The position numbers and the translations under genes were made by a program. DNA of 63,974 bases, counting the filler, from Candidatus Woesearchaeota archaeon (lineage in GTDB: Archaea > Nanobdellota > Nanobdellia > Woesearchaeales > BM511): assembly GCA_023266675.1 (NCBI GenBank). It is 7 parts of 7 records of this genome, joined end to end, with 100 filler letters (N's around TTAATTAATTAA, not from the genome) between each part and the next. Parts side by side here need not be neighbours in the genome. Positions count along the whole stretch, not along the records: positions 20,235 to 29,454 come from JAHFPP010000051.1; positions 29,555 to 38,756 come from JAHFPP010000052.1; 5 more parts are not named here. One strand, given 5' to 3'. The notes below the pieces were generated by a model. That model did no database searches, was not told the DNA's origin, and saw only the letters and a program-made list of their open reading frames with translations. Of this stretch, positions 25,988 to 35,607 are shown piece by piece. The number at the start of each line of letters is the position of its first letter. Positions within the stretch are counted from its first letter, which is position 1.

Positions 25988-26878
25988 TTATTCATCAATG
26001 CTTTGAAGAATTCTTATGTCATCAGTTGTGAGTTTCTCGCCTTTCTTTAGCTTTTCTTCGACTTCTCTTTGTTTTTCTTTGAGAGTCTTATTCTGCCTTT
26101 CTTTTCTTTCGTCCGCAGCGTCAGCTCTTTGGCGTCCTTGCTCATCTTTAATCTTTCCAAGCTCAGCGAGTTTTTCTGATAGTTTCTGACTTACTTCCTG
26201 GTATGCTTTTTTTTCTTCAAGAAACTTTGTCTGCAAGTCTTTTTCTTCTTTACGCAGGTCGTCGATGCTTTTTGATGTCTTTATCATTTCTTCGTGAAGC
26301 TTTTGACTCTCGCTAGCGTCGTCCTGTATTTTTCTGTGAATATCATTAGCGTCTTTCTTTAGAGGTTTAAGCTCTTTGTGGATGCTTTTTAGATCGTAAT
26401 ACGCTTTGTATTTCTTCTCTGCTTCAGCTAGCTGCTTTTTCATTGAGTTTATGAGCTTCATTGTCTTTTTTTCTTTTTCAAAGCTCATGCCTTCAGTTTC
26501 AATCTTGTATTCAAGTGATTTAATATTTTTCTTGATTATCTGAGGTGACATGTCCCCTTCGTTTCTTTTTGGGGCTTCTTCCTCTTTCTTAGGAACAGTT
26601 TTATCTATTTCCTGTATTTTTCCTTTTATCTCTTCGTTGAGTTTCTGCCTTTTTTCCTTTTCTTCTTTTACTGATTTAGTCTTCTCGTCTCTTTTTTCTT
26701 TGACGTCTTTGACTTTTAGAATCATTTCGCGTATGTTTTTGATTACTTCGCTTTTCTTATTGAAGGTTTCTTCTTTAACAGAATTAAGTTTATTCATTTC
26801 TTCTCTAAGAACTCTAGTTTCCTCATACAGGGAATTCAATTTTTCTGATAACTCCTTTTTTCCTTCGCTTTCATCCAT
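25988..26878 (-). CDS. Archaeal coiled-coil protein (COG1340-like)
   Basis: K/E-rich heptads, LEYKIET..FEKEK, C-terminal KLKKGEKLTTDDI. Confidence 0.8.
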   Translation of the reverse strand: MDESEGKKELSEKLNSLYEETRVLREEMNKLNSVKEETFNKKSEVIKNIREMILKVKDVKEKRDEKTKSVKEEKEKRQKLNEEIKGKIQEIDKTVPKKEEEAPKRNEGDMSPQIIKKNIKSLEYKIETEGMSFEKEKKTMKLINSMKKQLAEAEKKYKAYYDLKSIHKELKPLKKDANDIHRKIQDDASESQKLHEEMIKTSKSIDDLRKEEKDLQTKFLEEKKAYQEVSQKLSEKLAELGKIKDEQGRQRADAADERKERQNKTLKEKQREVEEKLKKGEKLTTDDIRILQSIDE

Positions 26879-26943
26879 TTTTTTGCCTTTAATATTATTT
26901 AATAAAAATAATAATAAAAAAAATTTATTTTTTTAAGAAGTGT

Positions 26944-27240
26944 TTATCCGAATAGTGAGCCAAGGCCGGCTGCAGCGTCTTCTTCTTTCTTCTCTTCTTT
27001 CTTTTCAGCTTTTTTCTCTGCTGGTGCGTGAGCTGCTTGTGGTGCTGCTGCAACTGGTGCTGCGACTGCTGCTTTTTGTATTGCTTCTTCGATGTTTACT
27101 CCATCAAGGGCAGCTACTAGAGCTTTGATTCTTGCTGTGTCAGCTGCTACTCCTGCTGCTTCAAGAACTTTTTTAACGTGTTCTTCTGTTACTTTTTTTC
27201 CAGCTTTGTGTAAAAGCATTGCGGTGTATACGTATTCCAT
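26944..27240 (-). CDS. rpl12: Ribosomal stalk protein P1/P2 (aL12)
   Basis: [11 protein letters not shown], Ala-rich hinge, GLGSLFG C-terminus. Confidence 0.98.
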   Translation of the reverse strand: MEYVYTAMLLHKAGKKVTEEHVKKVLEAAGVAADTARIKALVAALDGVNIEEAIQKAAVAAPVAAAPQAAHAPAEKKAEKKEEKKEEDAAAGLGSLFG

Positions 27241-27304
27241 TTTCTTTTCTCCTCCGTTGAGTGTGTTTTTTTATGTTTTTTTTATTTTATATAATGCGTA
27301 ACTA

Positions 27305-28150
27305 TCAATTAGGTATCATTTCTTTTAGTGCGTTCATCTGTCTTTCTGCTTTTGCAAGGACGTCGCCTACAACTTCTGCTGCAAGTATATTAGCTTCGAT
27401 TGCAACTGCTCTTGTATTTCTGTGGGCTTTGACTACCATGTATTCAATTGTTGCTTTGTTGTATATTCCTGCTTCAATTGCCAAGTTGAATGACCATGTG
27501 TGAGCCTGTGCAATGTTTTGTATGTATTCTTTTTCATCAATTCTTAGCAGCTGTTTTGTGTATATTTCGCCGTCTTCGTATGCAGCGACTATGTTAAGTC
27601 CTATTTCCATTGGCTCAATTTTTAGTCTTGTCAGAATTGCTGCGACGTTTGCTTTTATGACCTGTCCTTCTTTTACGACGACTGAGTCTGCTTTGATTAC
27701 GACTTTTCCTGCGTCAATTCCTGCCTTGATTCCTATTTGTCCAAGTTCTCCAATGATTGGTCCTGGTGCAAATCCTGTTGGTCCTGCTGGAACAACGATG
27801 TCTTTTGGAGCTATCTGTCCGCCTTTTGCAGGTGCTGATGACTTGTTTTTCTCAAGGTTTTTGAATAGTACAAAAGGGTTGTCTTTTGTGAATATCAATG
27901 CTGGGTGTCCGATTAAGTATGGGACCAGTTTTTCAAGGTTTTTTTTGCCTGCTGATTCCAAAGCTACTTTTAAGACTCTTTTCTTTGTCATTTTAAGCAC
28001 AATGTTTTTGCTTCTTAATTGCGCTCTCATTGTCTGAAGCTGAGGTGTTGGAAGTCCTTCCATGTCTACAGCTATGACTATTGGGTACGTTTGTGCGAGT
28101 TTTTTGAATTCTGCTGCTATTTTCTTTTTTTGTTCTGATACGTGAGCCAT
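27305..28150 (-). CDS. rplP0: Ribosomal protein uL10 (P0)
   Basis: QLQTMR, AKGGQIAP, GPTGFAPGP, LKIEPMEIGL. Confidence 0.97.
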   Translation of the reverse strand: MAHVSEQKKKIAAEFKKLAQTYPIVIAVDMEGLPTPQLQTMRAQLRSKNIVLKMTKKRVLKVALESAGKKNLEKLVPYLIGHPALIFTKDNPFVLFKNLEKNKSSAPAKGGQIAPKDIVVPAGPTGFAPGPIIGELGQIGIKAGIDAGKVVIKADSVVVKEGQVIKANVAAILTRLKIEPMEIGLNIVAAYEDGEIYTKQLLRIDEKEYIQNIAQAHTWSFNLAIEAGIYNKATIEYMVVKAHRNTRAVAIEANILAAEVVGDVLAKAERQMNALKEMIPN

Positions 28151-28161
28151 TTTGGTTTCCT

Positions 28162-28815
28162 CTACTCTATCTTTACTGGTTTACCCATTGTAAATTTTAA
28201 GTAAACTCCCTTGACGTTGTCCTGTTCGCTTGGCAGGTGGTGTATTAGTTGGCTGTAGAGTGTTTTTATGTTGTCTACAACTTCTTTTTCATCCTGTTTT
28301 TCGTTTCCTACCATTGTGCTGATTGCAAGTTGTGTTTTTGCCTGCATTTTGACCATTGTCTGTAATTTGTCGTATAACGGCTTTAGCGCTGCTTTTGGCG
28401 GAACTACGCAGCCTGCTTTAGGGTTTGGCATCTTTCCTTTTGGTCCAAGAACCTTACCAAATGTTGCAGCAACCTGTGTCATTATATTAGCCTGAGCGAT
28501 AAAGAAATCGTATTCTCTTGCAAGTTTTTTTGCCATTTTCTTGTCTGCCTGATATTTTGCAAAGTCAGTCTGTGTGATTGCCTTGTCGCAGACTTTTTCT
28601 GCTTCAGGGTGAAGTTCTAGTCCAGTGAACGCTGCAACTTTTATTTTTTTACCTGTAGGGTAATGCAGTGCTGCAAAGAAATCTACCTGCTGGTCAGGTT
28701 TTTTTAAGTCTAAGTCTTTTAGAATAAAGATTGCATCGATTTTCTGTTCGAAGTTTCTTTTTTTTGATTCCTGCTTTAATTTTTTAAGAGCTGTTATTAT
28801 ATTTTTTTCTTCCAT
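28162..28815 (-). CDS. rpl1: Ribosomal protein uL1
   Basis: KRNFEQ, GKVLGPKGKMPNP, KFTMGKP. Confidence 0.98.
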   Translation of the reverse strand: MEEKNIITALKKLKQESKKRNFEQKIDAIFILKDLDLKKPDQQVDFFAALHYPTGKKIKVAAFTGLELHPEAEKVCDKAITQTDFAKYQADKKMAKKLAREYDFFIAQANIMTQVAATFGKVLGPKGKMPNPKAGCVVPPKAALKPLYDKLQTMVKMQAKTQLAISTMVGNEKQDEKEVVDNIKTLYSQLIHHLPSEQDNVKGVYLKFTMGKPVKIE

Positions 28816-28881
28816 GTTGCCTCTACCCTCCTACTCACAATCATTGCAGTAGTACATCGGGATTTTGCTTTGAATACGGAT

Positions 28882-28904
28882 AGAAAATTGGGGGGATTTA
28901 AAAA
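28882..28904 (-). promoter_or_regulatory. TATA plus C-rich element upstream of rpl1 operon
   Basis: TTTTTAAATCCCCCCAATTTTCT on minus strand; near-identical to 4851-4873. Confidence 0.6.
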
Positions 28905-28923
28905 GATTATGGTTTTATTGCTC

Positions 28924-29172
28924 TTAGTCATAAATATTTTTTCTGTGCCCGATTTCAACAACTAATATCATTAACTTGTCGCCTTCAATGTTTAGTAGTA
29001 GGCGGTAATCGCCGACTCTTAGGCTGTAGAATGGTGAATTTATAAGTTTTTTTACGTGCGCGTGAGGTATTACTTTGCATCTTTCTAAAGAAGCAACTAT
29101 TCTATCTTGCAATGTCTTCTCTAATTTAAAAAATTGCTTTTCAGCAACTTTTGAGAATTCAACATTATACAA
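28924..29172 (-). CDS. relE: RelE/ParE-family toxin
   Basis: YNVEFSKVAEKQ..YSLRVGDYR..VEIGHRKNIY. Confidence 0.93.
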   Translation of the reverse strand: MYNVEFSKVAEKQFFKLEKTLQDRIVASLERCKVIPHAHVKKLINSPFYSLRVGDYRLLLNIEGDKLMILVVEIGHRKNIYD

Positions 29173-29386
29173 GTTTCATCTTCCTCTTGATTTCATCCAA
29201 TGAAACTGTTCTGCCTGCTTTAAAGTCAGCAAGAGATTTTTCTATATTCTTCTTTGTTTCCTTTGAAAGTTCCATTCTATCCTCAAGTATATCCCAAATT
29301 ATGCTTTCATAACTTTCTTTCTCATGCATCCTCATTGATTTTAGCTTATCAAGAAGCTCACTGCTTACCTGTATTGTGGTTGCCAT
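29165..29386 (-). CDS. Cognate antitoxin (RHH-like N-terminus)
   Basis: MATTIQVS..ESYESII..GRTVSLDEIK; overlaps toxin start. Confidence 0.85.
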   Translation of the reverse strand: MATTIQVSSELLDKLKSMRMHEKESYESIIWDILEDRMELSKETKKNIEKSLADFKAGRTVSLDEIKRKMKLV

Positions 29387-29454
29387 AAAAATTCCTCATT
29401 AATTTTTAGGGCTCAAAGGAAAATATTTCCTTGAGCAGAAAATCATAAAATTTT

Positions 29455-29554
29455 NNNNNNNNNNNNNNNNNNNNNNNNNNNNNNNNNNNNNNNNNNNNTT
29501 AATTAATTAANNNNNNNNNNNNNNNNNNNNNNNNNNNNNNNNNNNNNNNNNNNN
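29455..29554. other. Artificial contig linker
   Basis: N-run + TTAATTAATTAA + N-run. Confidence 0.99.
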
Positions 29555-29711
29555 ACATTGTAAATATTGAACTTGAGAAATGCATAGCGTTAAATGATTA
29601 ATTATTCCTAAAAGCATCAAACTCTAAAGTTTTGCCTAAGAAAACAATTCAGAATATAATTGACGAAAAAGAAAGAATATTTGAAAGCCTGAAAAAAGAG
29701 ATTAATAAAAA

Positions 29712-31412
29712 TTAAGCGCTTTCAAAAGCATTGTTTAAAGCTTCATGAACCACATTTTCATCAAATCCCTGTTCAATAAGCCTTTGCTTTGCTAGTTCCA
29801 TATCAACTCCGCTGCTTTTGATTCTTATGAAGAATTGTTCTATAAGTTTTGTATTTTTTTCTTCATTATAAACATAGTTGAAAGCTTCAGAAACTTTTTC
29901 CTTGTTCCATCCCTGTTCAATCAGTCTTTGTTTGGCAAGTTCAAGATTTACTCCATTTAATTTTGCTTTTTCAAAGAAAACTTCTAAGATATGGATATTG
30001 TTTTCTTCTTCTGGAATCTGATTGAAAAAGCTGTGCCTGTATTTTACGCCAAAAAACAGCAATGCTGAAGAGATTATGATGGCTAAAAGTATAAAAGTAA
30101 ATGAGGAGTTATTGTTTTGAATCTTGTTAAGAGTGATTGATGATATTTTTGGTGTAGCGGCTTCTTTTTTACTGTCTGTTGATTTTTGGTTTATGTTTTG
30201 AAGTGTTGCGATTTCAGGAGTTTTTTCAAGTGTAGATGGTGTTTCCACTGCTGGTGAAGATTTTTGCTGTAGTCCCGATATCTTAAAATAGCTAAATCCT
30301 GGAGTTATTGCCTGAAAGTATACATAATCATTATCTTCATTGATTATTGATGTTGAAAGTTCATCCCACTTGGTTGTGAATCTTGATAATCTGACATTAT
30401 TTTTATCAATATTATTTTGCGTGAGCCATGACTTTTCTATTTTAAACTTCAAGTTTCCTTCGTTCACTTTATCCTTGTTTGATGACATATTGATTTCTAT
30501 GTATTTGAAAATCTGCTCATTTTCAGTCTGTGAAGGAATGTTTTCAGGAATCGTATTTACAACAAGGAATGTTATTTTTATATTTTGAAGAGATTCAACT
30601 ACGCTTATTGATGCTTCATATAATCCAATTGATGGATTGTCTATTGTTACTATTGATGGAACCCCAGGGTTCATTTCTGAGAGTATTGTTGCGCTTGAAA
30701 TTACAGGTGTTTCTGCGCTAACGCTTGATGAGCACGCTTTTTCTTCTGTCTCTTCTGTTGTGCCATCATTTAGGTAACATGTTCTTTCCCTTGAATGTTC
30801 CATTTTTCCTGAACTGCATGATCCAAAAGAACCAAATGCTCCATAAGAATTTGTACAATCATCCAGTGTTGATAAATTTACAGCGTTTGTTATTGCACTT
30901 AAATTTTCATTTCCTACTTTGTCTACTGCGGTGAGTACATAATAATAATTTGTGTTTGAATTCTTCATTGAACTATCAGTCCATGTTAATAGATTTATAT
31001 TTGAAGCTACTTTAATTGTTGAGTTTACCGGAACAGTTATGTTTATTGTTTTTCTGTATATATTATAAGTTGAAACGTCTTCATGCGTATCATTATGCCA
31101 TAAAAGGGTTATTGACCCGTCAGTGTTGTAAACAATTGAGAGATTTACTTTTGTGCTGTTTATTATTGGCGCAGTCACGTCAACGTAAGTGTAATTTAAA
31201 AATCCGGTTCTTTGGTTGTATGTTTGTGTTGTTGATACTCCATTTGGTCCCTGACCGCCGTTTGTTCTTACACTAGAACTTGACAAACTGGCATTTGCGC
31301 TTAACATATCTGTTTTTGATGAAACATTGTAAGATGCTGTTGTGCCGCTAAATGCGATGGATGTATTTATTAAGATTAAAAATATAAAAATTGAAACAAA
31401 TATTTTTTTCAT
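29712..31412 (-). CDS. Cell-surface protein with FN3-like and PGF-pre-PGF domains
   Basis: Signal peptide, YYYVLTAVDKVGNE, F.IEKSWL..YFQAITPGFSYFKI, TM helix, duplicated cytoplasmic repeat (AKQRLIEQG). Confidence 0.85.
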   Translation of the reverse strand: MKKIFVSIFIFLILINTSIAFSGTTASYNVSSKTDMLSANASLSSSSVRTNGGQGPNGVSTTQTYNQRTGFLNYTYVDVTAPIINSTKVNLSIVYNTDGSITLLWHNDTHEDVSTYNIYRKTINITVPVNSTIKVASNINLLTWTDSSMKNSNTNYYYVLTAVDKVGNENLSAITNAVNLSTLDDCTNSYGAFGSFGSCSSGKMEHSRERTCYLNDGTTEETEEKACSSSVSAETPVISSATILSEMNPGVPSIVTIDNPSIGLYEASISVVESLQNIKITFLVVNTIPENIPSQTENEQIFKYIEINMSSNKDKVNEGNLKFKIEKSWLTQNNIDKNNVRLSRFTTKWDELSTSIINEDNDYVYFQAITPGFSYFKISGLQQKSSPAVETPSTLEKTPEIATLQNINQKSTDSKKEAATPKISSITLNKIQNNNSSFTFILLAIIISSALLFFGVKYRHSFFNQIPEEENNIHILEVFFEKAKLNGVNLELAKQRLIEQGWNKEKVSEAFNYVYNEEKNTKLIEQFFIRIKSSGVDMELAKQRLIEQGFDENVVHEALNNAFESA

Positions 31413-31420
31413 TGTTTAGT

Positions 31421-33820
31421 CTAACATGTTGCTGATGAATTTTCAAACTTCACCCAATTGCTGCTGTTGCAAAAGCATGGAAGATTCAAGCTGTCATCCA
31501 TGTAAAATGCCCCTTTAGTAGTTGCGTCGCATGTTCCCGGTATGTCAGTTGGAGTAATCATCATCAGACCATTAACATGCAAAGTTGCATTTGGTGAAGA
31601 AGTACCGATACCTACGTTGCCATTTTCTTGAATCCTGAATAATTCTGTACCACTGCCAATTATATTTGAATTCTTGGTAATTTTGAATATGCTAGTTGTA
31701 TCATCATTATTGCCATCAAGATTTATACTATAACCAAACGAGGATACCATTCCTTGCTTGCCATATAAATCTCCTGTTGTACCTAAAATTAAGACGTCAG
31801 ATGTTCCGACAGTTATATTCCCTACAACTTCTAATTTGCTTTGAGGATTTGTCGTTCCAATTCCAACATTTAACATTGTTGAAGTATTTTGTGAATTGTT
31901 AGTCCATCCACCTGTTCCGTCCCCTGCACCGGCAGCTGTTTGGTCTGTTATACATTGTACACCTATTGCAGTCACGTTCTGTACAACTTGTCCAGCTGCA
32001 CAAGTTCCTACTCCAGCTTTTGATAAATTAAGTGCATCAATTGTTGCCTGCTGCGCTGTTGAAACTGGTTTATTAGTGTCTGCGGTGTTGTCGACATTGT
32101 TTAAGCTTAGGCTTGTTTTAAATCCTGAATAATCAGATGCTCCAAGTAGAGTCTGGACATTTGCTGAAGGTGTAATGCCTGCATAAGTTGTTAAGTCAGC
32201 ATCGTATGCCTGAACATCTGTTCCTATAGCAAGTCCTAAGTTGTATCTTGCATTTGCTATAGTTGTTGATGCAATAATTTCTCTACCTATGGCTGTTAGG
32301 TTTGTTTCAGTCCACGTATGTGCAGAAGTTGTATAAAGTGTTTTATCAGAGTTAGTTCCCCATCCAGAGATGCTTGTTAAATCAGCATTAAGTGGTTGTT
32401 TGTTATTTATTGCTATACTATCATTATATCTTTGGTCTCCAATTGCCAAATATAATATGTTAAGTTGAGATGTTGTATTATAATTTACACTGACAGCTGA
32501 CCAGTTTCCAATACTTATGATTTGATTTTGTAGATTGTTATCAGCTGTTCCTCTTGTTGATGTCTCGGTTATCAAAGAAGTATTGACAGAATCTACTCTG
32601 TTATTAAGAGTGGTGTCAGCATTAGCTCTGTTTGTAATCTCTAAGTTTAAAGAACCATTTACATCACCAATTAATGAATTAAGAGCTGTGTCTGCATTTG
32701 CTCGGTTTGTAGCTTCAGTGCCTATTGTAACAGTGTCGTTGTATCTTTGGTCAGCTGCTGTAAGCCAAGGAGAATTTTGAATATAACTGGCGTTTAGATT
32801 ACCAAAGAAAGTTACTGAGTATATATTATTCCATTTGGCTGACGAACTCCCCAAATTAAATATAGAATCAAGTGAAGGATAAGATGAGCCGTTAATATAA
32901 TTATTTGACACGGTCATATTTACTACACTGCCTATTACGTCTAAATTTCCATTGATTAATAAATTTCCATTTAATGTCTGTGAGCCTGTATTTTTCAGTG
33001 TTGAACTGTTTAATGAATCTATTCGCGTGTTTGATGCGTCAATGTTATTCTGTAAAGTTGTATCTGAAGAACCTCTATTGGTTATTTCAGAATTCAATGA
33101 AGAATTTACAGCGTCAACTCTTGAATTAAGAGTTGTGTCAGCATTACCTCTATTTGTAGCTTCAGTGCCTATAGCTGCAGTATCATTGTATCTTTGGTCA
33201 GTTGTGGTTAACCAGGGGGCATTCTGAACATAACTGTAATCAATGTTTCCTAAAAAGATTGATGCGGTTACATTTCCACTCGCATTAATATTTCCGGAAG
33301 TGTCTATATTTCCTGTAACACTTAATTTTGCAGATGGAGTATTTGTGCCTATTCCAACATTTCCTCCATTAATTATTAAGTCTTCAGAAGTTAATGTTAT
33401 ATTTTTTATTACGCCTGTCGTTGACTGAAATATCTGCCTGTCATTTCCATTGAACACTGTATTTTCACCATTTATTATAAAATCCATATAGTAATTTTTT
33501 CCGTATTCAAGGGATAAACTTACACTTCCGCTTCCAAGCATTATATCATATTGTGAATTAGTTATTGTATCGTAAAAATCAGATGAAGAATTATAGATAA
33601 GTGTGCCACCACTTGGCGCATCATATATTAGTACTGTTAAATTTCCATTGACAAGATTTCCGCTGTTAGTATAAATGTTTCCCTGTAGTGCCATAAGATT
33701 ATTTATGGCAAGAGAGCTTGCGCTAAGTATAATTGTAAGCAGGGTTATGAAGAACATATTAATTAATAATCTATGATTTACTGATTTACTTTTTTCCAAG
33801 ATTCCCACCCTAATATACAT
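31421..33820 (-). CDS. Secreted fibrous adhesin-like protein with tail-fibre-like repeats
   Basis: Signal peptide, three (G)NVGIGT..P..L.V.G repeats, ExxxRxxADxxL coiled-coil repeats, many N-x-S/T sequons, C-terminal Cys module. Confidence 0.75.
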   Translation of the reverse strand: MYIRVGILEKSKSVNHRLLINMFFITLLTIILSASSLAINNLMALQGNIYTNSGNLVNGNLTVLIYDAPSGGTLIYNSSSDFYDTITNSQYDIMLGSGSVSLSLEYGKNYYMDFIINGENTVFNGNDRQIFQSTTGVIKNITLTSEDLIINGGNVGIGTNTPSAKLSVTGNIDTSGNINASGNVTASIFLGNIDYSYVQNAPWLTTTDQRYNDTAAIGTEATNRGNADTTLNSRVDAVNSSLNSEITNRGSSDTTLQNNIDASNTRIDSLNSSTLKNTGSQTLNGNLLINGNLDVIGSVVNMTVSNNYINGSSYPSLDSIFNLGSSSAKWNNIYSVTFFGNLNASYIQNSPWLTAADQRYNDTVTIGTEATNRANADTALNSLIGDVNGSLNLEITNRANADTTLNNRVDSVNTSLITETSTRGTADNNLQNQIISIGNWSAVSVNYNTTSQLNILYLAIGDQRYNDSIAINNKQPLNADLTSISGWGTNSDKTLYTTSAHTWTETNLTAIGREIIASTTIANARYNLGLAIGTDVQAYDADLTTYAGITPSANVQTLLGASDYSGFKTSLSLNNVDNTADTNKPVSTAQQATIDALNLSKAGVGTCAAGQVVQNVTAIGVQCITDQTAAGAGDGTGGWTNNSQNTSTMLNVGIGTTNPQSKLEVVGNITVGTSDVLILGTTGDLYGKQGMVSSFGYSINLDGNNDDTTSIFKITKNSNIIGSGTELFRIQENGNVGIGTSSPNATLHVNGLMMITPTDIPGTCDATTKGAFYMDDSLNLPCFCNSSNWVKFENSSATC

Positions 33821-33916
33821 TATACTATACTCTTATGGATTTACAGGTTTATAAATGTTTCGTTAAAGGCAAAAATAAGATAAGATATTAAATAAGAAGT
33901 TGTTATTTGTTGACTG

Positions 33917-35023
33917 ATGTTTAGAATAAAAGATGAATCTGGAAAAGCAAGAACAGGAAAACTAAGACTGAGAAGTGGAAATGTGAACACTCCTTTTTTC
34001 ATGCCTGTAGGCACAAAGGCGAGTGTAAAAAACCTTTCTCCACGCCAACTTGAAAAGACAGGGACTGAATGCATTATTGCAAATTCATTTGTTTTGTCTT
34101 TAAGACCTGGTGCTGAATTAATTGAAGAGCACGGCGGAATTCACAAATTCATGAATTGGGAGAAAGGGATATTCACTGACAGCGGCGGTTTTCAGGCCGG
34201 TTCAAAAGATTTCTTGATTGGAATAAAAGATGATGGAATAAGGTTTAGAAATCCTTATCTTGGAAAAGAGGAATTGTTGACTCCTGAGAATTCTGTTAAA
34301 ATTCAAGAATCTTTGAGAAGTGATGTTGCAATGATGCTTGATGATATGCCAATTCCAACTGCACCAATCAATGAAGTAAAGAAAAGCGTTGAGCGAACTC
34401 ACGCTTGGGCAAAGAGATGTCTTGAAGCTAAGTCTGACAAAAAACAGTTGATGTTTGGAATATCGCAGGGTGGAGTGTATAAAGATTTAAGGAAACTTAG
34501 CGCGAAAACAATCAATTCAATGGAATTTGATGGTCTAGCAATTGGTGGCCTAGCAATTGGAGAGACAAAATCTCAGATGTTTGATGCACTAAAAGTTACT
34601 TTGCCTAATTATGATAAGAGCAGACCGCGTTATATGATGGGGCTTGGCTCACCGGAAGATATTATACTTGCAGTTGAGAACGGAGTTGACTGCTTTGACT
34701 CGATTTTTCCAACACAAAATGCAAGACGTTCAACACTATTAACGTTTAATGGACCTGTGCACTACAAAACTTCAAAGTATGCAAAGGATTTTTCACCGAT
34801 TGAAGAAGACTGTGATTGCTACGCATGCAAAAATTTTACTAAAGCATACGTTCATCATCTTTTGAAGACTTATGAAAACTTTGGACTAACTCTTGCAACA
34901 ATACATAACATAAGGTTCATGCAAAGAATGATTGATGAAATAAGGACTGCGATAAAAGAAGATGATTATGAAAAATTCAGAAAAGAATTTTTAAAGAATT
35001 ATACAAAACGAAAAATTGATTAA
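33917..35023 (+). CDS. tgt: tRNA-guanine transglycosylase, bacterial (G34) type
   Basis: TPFFMPVGT, LRPG, FTDSGGFQ, GISQGG, IGGLAIGE, CDCYAC..H Zn site; 368 aa with no PUA tail. Confidence 0.93.
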   Translation: MFRIKDESGKARTGKLRLRSGNVNTPFFMPVGTKASVKNLSPRQLEKTGTECIIANSFVLSLRPGAELIEEHGGIHKFMNWEKGIFTDSGGFQAGSKDFLIGIKDDGIRFRNPYLGKEELLTPENSVKIQESLRSDVAMMLDDMPIPTAPINEVKKSVERTHAWAKRCLEAKSDKKQLMFGISQGGVYKDLRKLSAKTINSMEFDGLAIGGLAIGETKSQMFDALKVTLPNYDKSRPRYMMGLGSPEDIILAVENGVDCFDSIFPTQNARRSTLLTFNGPVHYKTSKYAKDFSPIEEDCDCYACKNFTKAYVHHLLKTYENFGLTLATIHNIRFMQRMIDEIRTAIKEDDYEKFRKEFLKNYTKRKID

Positions 35024-35511
35024 GAAAAATATTTGCTTGCAAGACCCGCTATAGTTCCTGCAATCACAGAAACCTGCATTAATTTAGATGTAGCTTGGCA
35101 AGTGTTATAATAGTTAATTCTCGGTAATCTTCCTAATCCATAATTCATAAGATTCATATAAATCGACATTATTGGAAAATCTAAATCGGCTTTATCCATA
35201 AGAAGATTATCTATCGCTCCACAACCAAAACCTACAGCAAACATTACTGGATTCATTACTAATTCTACAATGTTATTTTCATCAAAAGGTTTTTGATATA
35301 TATTTTTTATGTCATATTTAAGACATGTATAGAATGGCACGTTGTTTAGAATATCCCAATCTTTCCTTATATTTTCAATTGAATCATAGAAAGGAAATTC
35401 CATTTGCCCTGACAGTTTATGCTCACGTTCCCTAGATTCCAATCCTCTAACCATTCTCTCAATTTCATCTCTGTTTTCTAAAATTTGTTCATATACTCTT
35501 TCTTCCAGCAT
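35020..35511 (-). CDS. Hypothetical protein (orphan)
   Basis: 163 aa, hydrophobic C-terminal segments; SD AGGTGA. Confidence 0.65.
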   Translation of the reverse strand: MLEERVYEQILENRDEIERMVRGLESREREHKLSGQMEFPFYDSIENIRKDWDILNNVPFYTCLKYDIKNIYQKPFDENNIVELVMNPVMFAVGFGCGAIDNLLMDKADLDFPIMSIYMNLMNYGLGRLPRINYYNTCQATSKLMQVSVIAGTIAGLASKYFS

Positions 35512-35607
35512 TTTATCACCTTATAATGGTGTTATTTCTGATTATATAATCTTAAGTTGTTATTTAATATAACAACATTTAAATAAAGAGAGGAAGTATT
35601 AATTTGT

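Noticed and set aside
31421..33820. Prophage
   Set aside because: No capsid, terminase, portal or integrase genes; the protein has a signal peptide and cellular neighbours
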